A stretch of 63,984 nt of DNA, filler included, from Folioceros fuciformis (GCA_049999805.1; 10 parts of 10 records of this genome joined end to end with filler, not necessarily neighbours in it); one strand, 5' to 3'; positions 12,735-25,460 are shown, counted from the first letter of the whole stretch. A program made the numbers and translations. The notes: generated by a model not told the origin, from the letters alone.

Positions 12735-13724
12735 ATGGGCTGGTTTCTGCCATCGCACATGGACCAGGGGGTGATCTTCGGGGGTTTAGGACTGTGGCAC
12801 CTGGGCAACACTCTGAGCTCGTTCGTGAGGCGGCCCAAGGAGTTTCGGTACCGGACGTGGTTCCCAGTTCGCCTCCCCGGCACGCTGCGCTATCTGGAGC
12901 TCTGGTTCATACTGCTAGTGATTGTGGTGTTCATCGGGAAGCAGCTGTCGCGGGCATCGGGGGACCTTAGCGTGGGCAGGATCCAGATGGAGCATATGCA
13001 GCGCTACCAGCACGTCACCTTCGCCTTCGTGTTCCTGATGTACGCGCTGGCGGGTCTGCTCAGCGAGAGCCTGGGTGTGCTGCCGCTTCCCGATGGGGCG
13101 CTCCACGCCACCTTCGCCCTGGGCTTTGCGGTGGAGTTGCTGGTTTTCCACCTGGGGCACCACCCCGGGGACAATCTGGAGAGCTTTGTGCATATGCTTA
13201 TGCAGCTCATCCTGGTGATGATGGTGGCTTGCATGCTGTTGGAGATTAGGTATCCTCGGAGCTTTCTGGTGTCTGTGGCCAGTGGCATGCTGCTGGTGTT
13301 CAAGGGCACATGGTTCTTCCACATCGGGCTGCTCATCAATGTGGATGCCTGCATTCCCTATGGCTGCGTGAGGGGGCCTAGGGATTACCCCTTTTGCGAA
13401 GACCCTGAGAGCAAGATGCGGGCTCGCTCGTTGCAGGTGCTGGTGTTCGGGTGGCATGCTGCTGGGATTTTGGTGGCCACCTATGTGACGTACGCTGTTA
13501 TGGTGCACGCCCATGTCTACCCGGTGGGCAAGACACATTACCACAGGCTGCAGTTTGTGGATGCTCCAGCCGTTGGCGATCTGTCGGATAGTGACCTCTC
13601 TCCCGACTCTAATGCTGTTCCCACTATCAGCGTCGTGCCCAGGTCCCTCTCCAGACGCCCGAGCAGGAACTCTCCCAGGAACAAGCTTGACTCTCCCGTT
13701 GTGGAACCCGTCATACTAACTTGA
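12735..13724 (+). CDS. DUF716 / TMEM45-like multi-pass membrane protein
   Basis: Intronless 329-aa ORF with MGWFLPSH...GLWHL, YLELWF, AVELLVFHLGHH, KGTWFFHIG and about 7 hydrophobic segments, matching the DUF716 pattern. Confidence 0.85.
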   Translation: MGWFLPSHMDQGVIFGGLGLWHLGNTLSSFVRRPKEFRYRTWFPVRLPGTLRYLELWFILLVIVVFIGKQLSRASGDLSVGRIQMEHMQRYQHVTFAFVFLMYALAGLLSESLGVLPLPDGALHATFALGFAVELLVFHLGHHPGDNLESFVHMLMQLILVMMVACMLLEIRYPRSFLVSVASGMLLVFKGTWFFHIGLLINVDACIPYGCVRGPRDYPFCEDPESKMRARSLQVLVFGWHAAGILVATYVTYAVMVHAHVYPVGKTHYHRLQFVDAPAVGDLSDSDLSPDSNAVPTISVVPRSLSRRPSRNSPRNKLDSPVVEPVILT

Positions 13725-14826
13725 TTGCCGCCCAGCCATGGTCACACGTGTGTCACCTCCCTTTTATGCAGCCTTATGAAGTCACAATCGCGACAATTTC
13801 GACAAGCTTGGTGGAAGCGTGTCGCAGTACGTATCTGTCGCAGGGTGGTACATTCGGGACAATGCCCAGTATCGTTGGCGATCGTACTGGCGACAAAGAT
13901 AAGGGCACTGGGCAGCTTTCATCTTATATCCACCCGACACAGTTTGTTTGTATTGATTGGACTCTCAGGCCGCAGGATGCCTCTTCTTTGGATCGTCTCC
14001 TCCCTCAGAGACAGGGGCAACGTCTGACGGAAGCCGTATTGCCTTTCCGTCACTGTTTCTGTTTGTTCCCATCGCACTCAGCTCTGCAAAAGTGCTCTGG
14101 CTCTGGCGGAACTAAACATTTGAATTCGGAAGTTTTCGTTTCTGGTGGTCAGTATCTCCGGTGGTATCTTCATTGTAACTCCTCTGTGCACCTGGATTTC
14201 ATGTCTGTCCCTGGTGGTGATGGAAGACGAACGGGTCTAAGATGGAGATCCCAAATATGTGCATATTCCGGAATGCTGTTTGCTGTATACAATTTCTTTG
14301 GCGGAAAATCGTACTTCCTCCTTTCCATTCCCTTTTCACCTACACAAGAAATCCACCTCCAGGAATTCAGAATCAACGTAGTACCATACATGCTCACTTC
14401 ATGAATAATAGATGTCTTAAATAATTTTTTTAAATAAAATCTCCTTGAGCAATTCTAAAAAATGCCACCTCTAATTTCACATGAGGTGCTGGTCGCCTTT
14501 TTCGCCTTTCTGCAGTTGTGTGGTCAATTGACTCTTCTTCATAACGATGTAGATCAGATTTTTCATATCTTTTTCAACAATATGTACCATTCATTTCATA
14601 TGAAGTTTAAAATGCAAGCCCATATTATTTTCAATCTATGTAATTCCAAGCCAATATAACTTCATACATAGGATGGGTTTAGGCTATTTTTCTAAAGTAA
14701 AGGAGATGCTTTTGCCTTTGATATAGTTTTAACTTCATGCAACAATCTTGTTTCTTTGTGGCTGAAGCCTAGCCACCCTGTCTGCTCTCATTCATCCTTC
14801 ATGATCATGACGGTGGTTTGAGTGCC

Positions 14827-14989
14827 TGTGAATTGCTCTACACGCACTCCTCAAGGGCAAGATGCAAGTTGTGAATTGCTCGATATGCAATCCTCAAGGG
14901 CAAGATGCAAGCTGTGAATTGCTCTACACGCACTCCTCGAGGGCAAGATGCAAGCTCCACTGTCATGATGCAAGCTCCACTGTCATGAC
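14827..14989. repeat. 43-bp tandem repeat x3 plus 20-bp repeat x2
   Basis: TGTGAATTGCTC...CCTCAAGGGCAAGATGCAAG at 14827, 14870 and 14913. Confidence 0.9.
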
Positions 14990-15525
14990 ATAAAAAGTTT
15001 ACATCTTGTGCAAATCAATACTGTATGAGTTGACAACTCATGGCTTGTAGCTGACTGAACAATTGAATCAAAGCTTTTGTGTTATGAATTTGCATCTTCG
15101 TGTGCCATTACACGTGAGAAGGTTGCAGTGATGTGATACAGGAGATAGTTGGATTGACGTCATGAAACTTGTCACCATCAAAAGAATACGCACTTGTGTA
15201 GATTTAAGAGAGGAAAGTATATAAATATATATGTATCTTGGGGTTGAAGGTTCTTGGAATCTTTTGGTTGCTTTGTAGTGATGGCCCATAAATGTTAGTT
15301 CCAAGGTGGAGTTTGATAATAAATGTGTTAGTTTGCTTCAAGTCAAACAGTGGAGAGGTGGCTACCAATGGGTTTTAGAGAGAACTTGAGAGGGATTGTT
15401 GAAGTGCTAGATACAGACCTTTAGAAAGACGACTAACGAGAGGAGAAGGTTGATAGAGGAATTGATGGGGGCTTTTTGTTTTTTGTCGCAAAGTTATTTT
15501 GCAAAGGGACTTGAGATGAAGTGGT

Positions 15526-15625
15526 NNNNNNNNNNNNNNNNNNNNNNNNNNNNNNNNNNNNNNNNNNNNTTAATTAATTAANNNNNNNNNNNNNNNNNNN
15601 NNNNNNNNNNNNNNNNNNNNNNNNN
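15526..15625. other. Artificial contig spacer
   Basis: N44-TTAATTAATTAA-N44. Confidence 0.99.
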
Positions 15626-15850
15626 TGGAGTAGATCAATTGCTATATTAAACAATTACATTATTGATAAAAGAATATTACAATAAGAGAACTTGTCAAAA
15701 GTGGCTAACTGAACTTAAGTTATTATAAACAGACATAACCTTTCACTAAGGGACATGACCTTTTAATGAAGAGGTATTAAAATGATAATCATAATAACCC
15801 TGTACGCACATACTATAAATGCTGACATTACTGAACCCTAATAAATCAGC

Positions 15851-17319
15851 ACCTATTCTCATCATGCCTATACAAAACAAGCTAAGGATGGAAGCTTGCT
15901 CATTTTGGTCCTCTATGCGGAAGATATCCTAATTGCTGGGAATGGAAGTGATAAGATTTCAGTATTGAAGTCAAAGTTGAATGCTCACTTTAACATGATA
16001 GACTTGGGAGAGGCCAGCCATATACTTGGCATGCATATTCGTCGAGACAGACAGAAGCATTTGCTTTATTTGTCTCAGACTGAATACATTAATAGGGTGC
16101 TTCAACGTTTCAATATGGAGAAGGGGAAGGCATTGAGTACTCCGTTGCCTCCATATGTGAAACTTTCAAGCAAGGATTGCCCAAGTTTTGCAGAGGACAA
16201 AGCTAAAATGGAGAAGGTTCCATACTCATCAGATGTAGGGAGTTTGATGTATACAATGATTGCTACACGTCCTGACATTGCTTTTGCAGTGGGAGTGGTT
16301 AGCATGTTTATGTGAAACCCTGGAAGGAAGCATTGGGAGGCAGTGAAAGGAGATATGAGGTACTTAAATGGTACAAAAGCTTTGTGCTTATGTTTTGGTA
16401 GCGAAGATGCATCTATCGTGGGATATACAGATGTTGATTATGCAGGGGATATGGACAAAAAGAGATCCACATCAGGTTATGTCTTCATGTGCACTGGAGG
16501 AGCAGTCACATGGCGATCTCGTTTGCAATCGTGCATAACGCTATCTACGATAGAGGCCGAGTATGTTGCAGCGACTGAGCGTTCCAAGGAAGCCATGTGG
16601 CTTGCTCGTTTAGTGAGAGATTTGGGGATTAAGTTAAGCTGCAAGTGTTGCATTGTGATAGCTAGAGTGCTATCCAATTGGTGAAGAATCCAGTGTTTCA
16701 TGCGAAGACCAAACATGTGGAAGTGAAGTTTCACTTCATTCGAGAGGTGTTGGAAGACAAGAGGGTACAGCTTGTTAAAGTTCACACCAGTCAGAACCCT
16801 GTAGATATTCTTACTAAGGGACTCTCTATGGAGGAATTCGCACAAGCTCGGACACTCATGGGCATGAGGTAGACCACTCTCCTATGAAGGTAAATTGGCC
16901 TTTAAGTGGGAGGTTGTAGGGCTATTAAAGCCCAATGTGCTTAGAATAATGTGTTTAGTCTAATATTAGTGTCTAGTTAAGTATCATTTGTTTAGATTAG
17001 CTTAAGCTAATATGTAGGAAGCTTCTTGCGCAGTTTCCTATGCGCTTCTTGTGAAGCTTCCTTGTTAGCTCTTCTAGAGGGTATAAATACCCCCTTGAGC
17101 TCCTTTGCTATTGTGACTATGTGCGAGAGTGTGACCTCTCTTTCTCCTCTTCTCCTTCACCATGTGGCTCCTCTAGCGATCCTTCAATTTACATCAACCA
17201 ACTCCTCCAACCCTTGCACCTCATCTTCCACCAACATTCAAGGTAGAGTTAATCATTGCACAGGCACGTAAAAGTCGTTTGTTAGGGTTTACCAACAAAA
17301 GGTTGCAACCACGCCTACA
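15851..17319 (+). mobile_element. Ty1/copia retrotransposon 3' part (degenerate RT, RNase H, PPT, 3' LTR)
   Basis: LYAEDILI (mutated YVDD), TRPDIAFAVG, GYTDVDYAGDMDKKRSTSGY, NPVFHAKTKHVEVKFHFIRE, with stops and frameshifts. PPT AAGTGGGAGG at 16904-16913. Confidence 0.93.
16915..17319 (+). repeat. Probable copia 3' LTR (~405 bp)
   Basis: Starts TGTAGG right after the PPT, ends CCTACA (6-bp terminal inverted repeat), TATAAATA at ~17082. The right end is inferred. Confidence 0.6.
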
Positions 17320-17831
17320 CCCTTGCAGCTGCTCACCCCGTCTACAAGCTTGACATGTGCAGGGCTTGAACCTTATTGATGTCCCCACAATGCATGTAAA
17401 CCCTTCATTTTTTCCTTTGTGTGTCTAAGCTATACCTTAAAAATTTACAATGTCTCGTACGAACCCTAAAAAAACCATGTTGTGTCCCCATTGGTTCACA
17501 AGCCCCATCCAGTGAGGAAAAAAAAATTCGTGTACACTACTAAGTTGGGCCCAGTGATGTGGCCATGTAGAATGTAAGCATATATGAGAGATTCTTAGGT
17601 ATATTCTTGTATAAAGTACATATAAAAACAAAAAAAAAGTGTGTAGCGGCTGTCCGTATCGATATTCCATACATAAGACTATCCTCGTGATTATCTATTT
17701 GGAAACAATCTCTCACATCAAATGTGACTTACTTAGCATTAGCTTCTTTCTCAATGTTCTGTGTCACTCTATTTAGCTTTCTTTGAAGAAATACGGATAT
17801 TTGCTTTAGTAAAAATAGTGACACAAAATAG

Positions 17832-18620
17832 TTATTTAGGGTTGGGTTTAGGATTGGTTAGGTTGGTTGGGTAAACCCTGGATTGGTTAGGTTGACTAGG
17901 TTGGGTCCTAAGGCCCGCCGCAGGTCGTAACCGAGAGCACTCAACACCAAATACCTCTTCCTCCACCTCGATTAACCCGAGCAGAGGTTGCCTCTCCTCA
18001 AAGGTTGGGCTCCTCAGCTCCTCCCGTTCAGTAATGCCACGTTCTCGCTGCGCCCTTCGGGGTATTCGTTGAAATCGCTCCACCGCCTGACGCTGACGCC
18101 GCTCCGAGGCTAGCTCCCACGGTTCAGACTCCGCAGCGCTATTCCTTCCACGTGGCATTCATCAACCACCGCCTCTAGGCTCCCCTACTCCTTGGCCTGC
18201 TTTAGACTCCAACACTTAACGGTTAGTCTTCTACCTGTGTGCCCGACATCTATTCATTCCCCGGCAACAGCGCCAAAATGTGGGGGAAAATATTGCACCC
18301 GGGGGTGCTGCGAGGTCCACACAAACCCTCTTTGTCGTTATAGCACTGGGATTCAATCCCAAGGGAATGATTTGTGTCAAATAACACAGGTTTCTTCTAA
18401 AAGTCAGTTACTACCTAGGTTGGACTTCAACTACCCCAGCTCCACTACCTATAGGTTCAACTACCCCTACCTCCGTCCTTGGACTACCTAACAAACCTAC
18501 TCGGCTATTGGGGTGGGGGTCTCTACAACTACCGACCCTTCAACTACCGAGGTAGGGTCTCAACTACCGGTATCCGCTTCGGCTACCTCCGTGGTGGGTC
18601 CCACCCCAAACCCTAACTAA
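17832..18620 (-). mobile_element. Athila-like gypsy 5' end: partial LTR (18279-18620), tRNA-Asp PBS and gag-like N-terminal fragment
   Basis: Minus strand reads ...CA TTT TGGCGCTGTTGCCGGGGA (18258-18275), followed by a charged ORF MPRGRNSAAESEPWEL... Confidence 0.7.
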
Positions 18621-18720
18621 NNNNNNNNNNNNNNNNNNNNNNNNNNNNNNNNNNNNNNNNNNNNTTAATTAATTAANNNNNNNNNNNNNNNNNNNNNNNN
18701 NNNNNNNNNNNNNNNNNNNN
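18621..18720. other. Artificial contig spacer
   Basis: N44-TTAATTAATTAA-N44. Confidence 0.99.
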
Positions 18721-21700
18721 TGCCAACTCTTCTATCTTCATGGCATTAACAGATGGAAATCTCATTTCCAATCGAATGAAAAATTCGTTTACTGGCTTAG
18801 CATGTTTACTGGTCACCACCAAATCCATGAAACTTCTCAGATAAAACTTATGAGCATCTCCACACAACAAGTTCCCTAACAAAGTAAATTGATATCTTGG
18901 ATCTAACTCAATGTCCTCACCTCCACACAACCTGCAACTTAATCATATAAAACATGCACATTAACTAGTTAATAGACACTGAAGACTTGGGATGCCCCGA
19001 ATACTTCTCGCTCTTTGCAGGTAGTACTACCCCCCTCCCTTGCCTTTTCTTTCCAACCCAAAAGTTTTTTCAGTTGACAAGTTTAACATTTGATTGTCTG
19101 TTCTTCTCACCAACTTTCCCACATCATTCACTTCTCCCAGCTGTCCTTGCACTTCCATAGGCTCCACAATCCGATTCTATACGTCCATGACAAGTTCTTT
19201 ATCTCTAATCACAAACCCTCTTTCCTTGCACACATGCCTCTAATCTTCGTCCGACAGTTGTAACCTCTCTTCTCTTGCTTCTACCCCTACAAATGTTTTG
19301 TGTCTTTTATCAATGTCCTCGTTAAGATCTGCGTTTCCAACTTCTCCCTCTATCTCTCTACCTAAAACACTCGCCCTATGCGAATTTCCTCCTTCCTCAT
19401 CCAACGCACTGCCTGAAATATAACTCCCCCCCCAGACTCTTAGCGTTTACCCCTTTACTCTTCATCTTTGACTGCTCAGCCTTTTTCTTAAATCCTCTGT
19501 CTAAACTTTTATCCTCCATTACTCTCTTTTGACCTCTCTCAACTTTTACAGTGTCTGCCTCACTTCTCAACCTAGGCAATACACCAGCTTGCTTAACACT
19601 CGCCCGCGTCACTCTGACACCTTTGATCACAGGTCTTCTCATGTTTAAAAGGTAAGCACCAGTTCAAATAAAAATTGTCATGCCAAAGTCTGATAACTTT
19701 TACAACTAATCAAGTCTTACACTTGTTTATATCCAAACCAGCATGGATATAGTGTGGAATACACTAGCTCAAAAACTGGATCCTTGGTAGCCTCCCCTCT
19801 TTTCTCTCTAAGCACGTCACTAAACTTTTCACATCTGAAAAGTGTTGCCCAAGCACTATCAAATAATCACAGAATGCTTCAAGCTGACTCCAACTACTTG
19901 GTTGTGAACACCCTATTATGAGGCGCTGCAAACTTTGCTGTCTTCTTTCCTTTTGCTCTTCTTCCTTCTTACAAAACTCTCGATCCCCCTTTAAAATTCG
20001 CTCACCCAACTCCTTTTCCTCTTCTGATTTCTCCAAACTGCTCTTCTTTAGTTCACTCCACTCACCCAGTTGAGTTCCTTCTGCACAACTTTTGCCATTC
20101 TTACAACAACAAAGACTCACCAGCTATCTCTACATAACCAAATGGCAAGTTCCATTTATCATTTCCAAAGATAAAAACTTGTACACGCATGCAAAACTTT
20201 AGCCTTGTCTTACTATTGAAATGCCTCTATGTCGCAGAACCTCCCTCACTGCTACTACTGATCGATTTCACACAAACATTCTCCGCTGCAACTTTTGATG
20301 CAAACTTCTCTAGCTTAAGTCTTTTGGACCTTCTCACAGGAATGTCTCCAATCATCGCACCCTCACCAACCTTCCATCTGGCGTAGCCCCTTCGGTATGC
20401 TCTTCCTCTCCCAGCCTGATAGCTTGAGCTCCTCCTAGGCGGGGGTCCCTCTTGTGGTAGTCCTTGACTCGCCTAGGCCCCTCCGAAGCCTTTCGTTTGT
20501 TCCCCACTCCGCTCTTCACCTGTGGCGACTCGTTCTTCTTGAGTTGCTGGTATTATCTTGTTATAACCTCGTAGGCAACATCTGGTTGTCTACCTTTGAG
20601 GGTGCTAAAGATGGAGGTCGCTCCACCTTTTGACATTAGCTCTGTGGAGACAATCTCCTCGAGCTGACGTTTTTTCTCCACTTCTCTTGCTTGCAGGCCC
20701 TTCAGCAATGCTGCAAGCCTGCAGTCCGCTCAACAAACTCTGTCGAGAGTTCCTCCACCTCTCGTTCAATCTCCTCTCGTAGCCTACGCAGCTCCTCCCT
20801 GGAAAATCTATGTGTCTGCAGCAAATTCCACTGAGGTAGCAACGAACTCTGATCACCACCACGAAATTCCTCCTCTACTCCAACGCCCGCATCTTGCACT
20901 GCTTCCTTCTCCCACTCTTTGCTGCGTTCCTCATCCCCCGGTCCTTTATCCTACCCGATCCTTTCGGACGCCGACGGTTTCATAATCGTTTTTTTGCTCC
21001 CCCCTTGCCAACCCCTTACTGGCGCTGCTCACCTCTTGCGACGAAGAGCTATACTCCAGTAACCGTCTTCGCCTCTGCCTTGGCAATGCTATTGGCGAAG
21101 CCTCTTCGTGCACCACCTCGGTATCTGGAGCTGCGGGTGTAACTGCCGGGAGTGCAAGCTTCGTTGGTGACTCGGGTTCTTCTTCCAACGTGCGCGCCAC
21201 AACAAAACCTCCCGCTAACAGCCCACCATCTTCCTCAGTCGTCGATGCAGCTGCCAACACTTTCTTCAAGAATTCACCTCCCACTCCTGTTGCCGCAACT
21301 GGCGCAAAATTCTCTGGCATTGCGCCTTCCCCACCTGCTATCAGCACCACGGCAAGATTCCTTCCTACCTGTGCATCTCTCTCGCCCGCTGCCGACACTG
21401 CCGAAGAATCTTTTCCTGCACAAAAATCTCCCTTCGACGTGCGCTCCTTCCTCGCTAAAATGTCCTCCTTCAACAACCCGTCCTCCTTAGGCGTATCTTC
21501 CTTGCAGGCTAACAACGCTGTCACGAAATTCTCCTTCGATGTCGCAGTCTCCTTCTCCTTTGTCAGCACCACCAGGGAACCCTCTCTTGGCAGTTTACCT
21601 CCGACCCCTCCCGCCAACGTCATCGGAAGAGCTCCTGACAGAAACCCACCTACCTCTCCTACTCTGCGCGCTTCTGGCGCATCACCCTGTAGCAGTCTGT

Positions 21701-22270
21701 TCTCCTCTCTAGACTCGCACACGCCCTCCTTCTCGTTTCTTGGCAGCATTGCGGCCTTTTCGACCTCTTGAACTGTAGGCGGAGCGCTTCTCGCAGACTC
21801 AACCTCACCTTCTTGCTTGCATGCGGTCGGTGGCAGCTCCTTCGACAAAGCCTCGCCACAATCACACTGCGTCTCTTTCTCTTGCTCATGATCCGTCAAA
21901 ATGATGACATCCACTCCTCCAAACTTCTCCGTGCCAGCTTTTCCCTCTCCTCCTAACCGAACTACAACCGAACTACCTGTCACCCAGGCAGTACAGATGG
22001 TCCGCATACGTTTGTCACCGCATCTCTCAGCCTTTCTAACCTAGGGCTCATGCCGCACCTGAGCCTCTCCAATTCCGCCTTCTGCTCTTCAAGCTGCTGG
22101 AGAAGCTGAGCCTTCGTGACTCTGCCCGCAGCCGCTGCTCTAGAGCGACCTTTCGCTTGTCTTCTGCTGCGCCCCCTAGAAGCTCCCGAACCCCCTGCAG
22201 ACTCCTTCCCCTTGCCCGCCATAGCCGCATCTTCCACCGCCTTGCTCTCTTCGCAAAGTTCTCCACATGC
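18721..22270 (-). mobile_element. Degenerate gypsy-like element: extra upstream ORF region plus gag fragment
   Basis: Gag-like PAKSEKYSG...LLGNLLCGDAHKFY...FFIRLEMRFP at 18721-19030. Upstream broken ORFs (20280-22270) have a diverged copy at 40450-41045. Confidence 0.55.
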
Positions 22271-22802
22271 TCAGTCTCGCTACCTCATGCTCCATCGCCT
22301 TAAATTCCCTCTCCAATACCACGGCACAAACCCCCTCTCTCTTCATCTTTCAACAAGATGAAAGAAAACTATGCTCATACCCAACTCGAAACATCTTGAC
22401 CTTAGCAATCTCTCCACCCCAAATAGAACTTTTCAATGATGCTTGCTTCACTAACACTCTTGCAATCTCCCTTACCTACTCACTGCCTAGCCTTTCCCCT
22501 CAATCACGTTCTCAAATTCTCCAAGCATCCTTCAAACTTCAACAAGGCCATCCATTCAATCACAAAACTGACAAGATAACATGAACAACACTTTGCAACA
22601 CCCCCAAGACACTCCCACCTGGCCACTCTTTTCTTAAGCAAAACTCTTTGTTCTCAAACCATGAGAATCCCATGCACACACTCAACTTCCAACATTCACG
22701 AGTCGAAACAATTCTTTTGATAGTGACAAGTTTAAAGATATTAGTCCGATGATGCTCATATCATGCCATTGCAACGCTTTCCTATTCTCTAACGTGTGCA
22801 AA

Positions 22803-22902
22803 NNNNNNNNNNNNNNNNNNNNNNNNNNNNNNNNNNNNNNNNNNNNTTAATTAATTAANNNNNNNNNNNNNNNNNNNNNNNNNNNNNNNNNNNNNNNNNN
22901 NN
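22803..22902. other. Artificial contig spacer
   Basis: N44-TTAATTAATTAA-N44. Confidence 0.99.
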
Positions 22903-23862
22903 CTGCGATCAGCAACTGTGGTGCAGAAATGTGGCGGATTGGGCGGCCAGCCCGCCCATTGGTCCTCCGGATCCTGCCGGAGGGACCGCCACAGAATAAA
23001 CTCACCGTCCATAAAAGCTAACCAGGGCATCCAAACCATCCGATTTCGCTCCGCTTTATCCCATTCTATTCCACCTCTAGATATATGTACATTATGCACA
23101 CAAACACACCCATTCCTCTTATATCCCATGTCCTGCTCTTCCCATCTTTAACTACTTCATTATAAAATAATCTCATCTCCATAAAATCATACGGCATACT
23201 TTAACTCACAATAAAGCAATATTATAGTTTAATTAGCCACATCCACTGAGATAGTTTAATTAATCACCCACCCTTAGTAATGTCTATACCTAGTCATGGA
23301 TCTAAAGTCTACATTTTAGTAATAGATTTAGAGTTGTCCAAAGTACATCGAATAGTCTTTCTAGCTTTTTAGTACTATATTAGAATAGTCTTGCTAGCGT
23401 ATATCAAAGGCTTGCTTATGCTTGTGGGAAAGGCTTATCACTATTGATCTTCAAGCTCTCTTTTATTGTTACTTTGTGCTATTAGCACTTCTTTATAAAG
23501 CTCTTCCTCATGTTTAACACTCATGTATTCCTATCATATTGTACTCACCATGGCCCATGCCATCTTCATTCATCACACGTGATCTCACTTCACAAAACAA
23601 TGCATTATAACTTATTCCTTAGGCTTCCATTCACTAAAAAGTGACAAGTTAGATTAGTCACAACCATTAACAAAACCTTGTTCCAACATCACAGTATTTA
23701 CTTCACCCAACAACTATACATGTTCAAGTCCTAAGTTAGATAAGATAATTTTAATTGCTACGAGTATTACACCACCATTAACTAGATTAAAAACTTGGGA
23801 TTAAAGGAATTGAAGTTTATAGGAAAGATGAATCCCAACAACTCCCCTACGGAAACAGGGCC

Positions 23863-24006
23863 ATGGAATGCAGCATTTGTTTGGACGAAATAAGAAAACA
23901 AGAAGAGATTATGCAAGTGGATACATGCTTACATTGCTTTCACAAGAAGTGTCTTAGTCCATGGTTGATTACTCCTCATCCAAAATGTCCAATTTGTAGA
24001 GAATAA
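23863..24006 (+). pseudogene. RING-H2 zinc finger ORF or remnant (47 aa, below the ORF-track cutoff)
   Basis: MECSICLDEIRKQEEIMQVDTCLHCFHKKCLSPWLITPHPKCPICRE has all eight C3H2C3 ligands plus the conserved W. An in-frame acidic tail follows the TAA. Confidence 0.8.
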
Positions 24007-24489
24007 ATGTTGATAGTTTATAACATTCAAATTCTTAATTCTGATGATGATAATGATGATGAGAGCTAGGGAAAGTATGTGATCCCTCATCATGATGACA
24101 ACCGAATAAACTTATTTTTTATATTTATATGTGGTTATTTCAAGCCCTTACCTTATTTCCTATACAATGTTATGATGAAAAATATATATCTCTCTAGCAA
24201 ACATAGGACTACTTAGAGTAAGGTTTGGAGTATGAAATTATTTATTGAAAAATAGATAAGATGTGATTTCCAATATAGAAAACTTATTGCAACTCACTTG
24301 AAAACTAGGGTGAGGTTTGTAAGAAATAATCTATTATTTACTTATTATTGGAATTTATTCTACTATTTTTTAGAATAATTTTCTACTACTTTTCCACCAA
24401 AATAAGAACAATATATTTATCGAAAGTCCTTGGCCTATATTTTTTAGGTTTTTGCGATTGTGATATATATAAGAAGAGTCGGAAGAGGA

Positions 24490-25268
24490 CGTGCCTTGAG
24501 TTTTAGTTTCAGGACTTGGATGACCTATGTTGGGACAACTATTGAAATGGAGAAGAATAGAGTTTAACATATAGAAGGGTATGAAATGAAAGCGCCTTGA
24601 GTTTTGGTTCCACCTAGATGACGTGTTGTTAGAACACCCCATGAAACAAAAGAGAACACAGTTTGATATACATAAGGCTATAAGAAAAAAACGTTTTGAG
24701 TTTTGGTTCCACAACCTAGATGACATGTTGTTAGAAGGCCCATTGAAACGATGAAGAAGTTTGATATATAAAAGGCTATGAGAAGAAACCAACTTAAGTT
24801 TCGGTTCCATGACTTCGATGACATGTTGTTAAAAGGTAGATTGAAATGGAAAAAAATAGAGTTTGATATACATAATGGTACGAAAGAAATGTTCACTTCC
24901 ATAACTTGCATGATATGATGTTGGAACACTCATCATAATGGAGAAAGATAGATTTTGATATGCAAAAGAGTATGCAAAGAAAGCATAGTCCATTTTGGTC
25001 TCATGAACTAGATAATATGTTGTTAGAACACTTATTCAAACATAGAAAGAAAGAGTTTGATATGAGAAAGGGTACGAAAAGAAACCGCCCTCAATTTTGG
25101 TTCCACAACATGGATGATATGTTGGTAGAATGTGCATTAAAACGAAAAAACTTTAAGATAGAGTTTGACATGCGAAAGGGTATGAAAAGAAAGCACCCTA
25201 AGTTTTGGTTCCAAGACATGGATGATATGTTGTTAGAACACCCACAAAAAGGAGAAACTTCAAGATAG
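24490..25268 (+). repeat. ~100-bp tandem array x8, apparently protein-coding (~33-36 aa unit)
   Basis: Units start at about 24498, 24599, 24698, 24796, 24890, 24990, 25092 and 25200. Consensus peptide FWFH.LDDMLLEHP.K.K..EFDMRKGMKRK. Confidence 0.85.
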
Positions 25269-25460
25269 AACAAGGTCTAATCAAAACGGTCGGATTCCAC
25301 AAAGCCCGTTTGGCGCATTCTACCATTGGTCCTAGCTTTGTATCCAATTTTTACCAATTAGATTATTATTTATCACCTTTTTCTTATTTATGTATACTAA
25401 CCAGTGCTTCAACTCAACCTTTCAACTCCTTAATTCAAAAATAGAAAACAAGTAGTCTAG

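Noticed and set aside
13721..14404. 227-aa ORF overlapping the DUF716 stop codon
   Set aside because: Non-ATG start, no motif, lies in the probable 3' UTR.
24490..25268. Possible CRISPR array
   Set aside because: The whole unit repeats with no unique spacers, there are no cas genes, and the context is eukaryotic. The same applies to 34103-34445.
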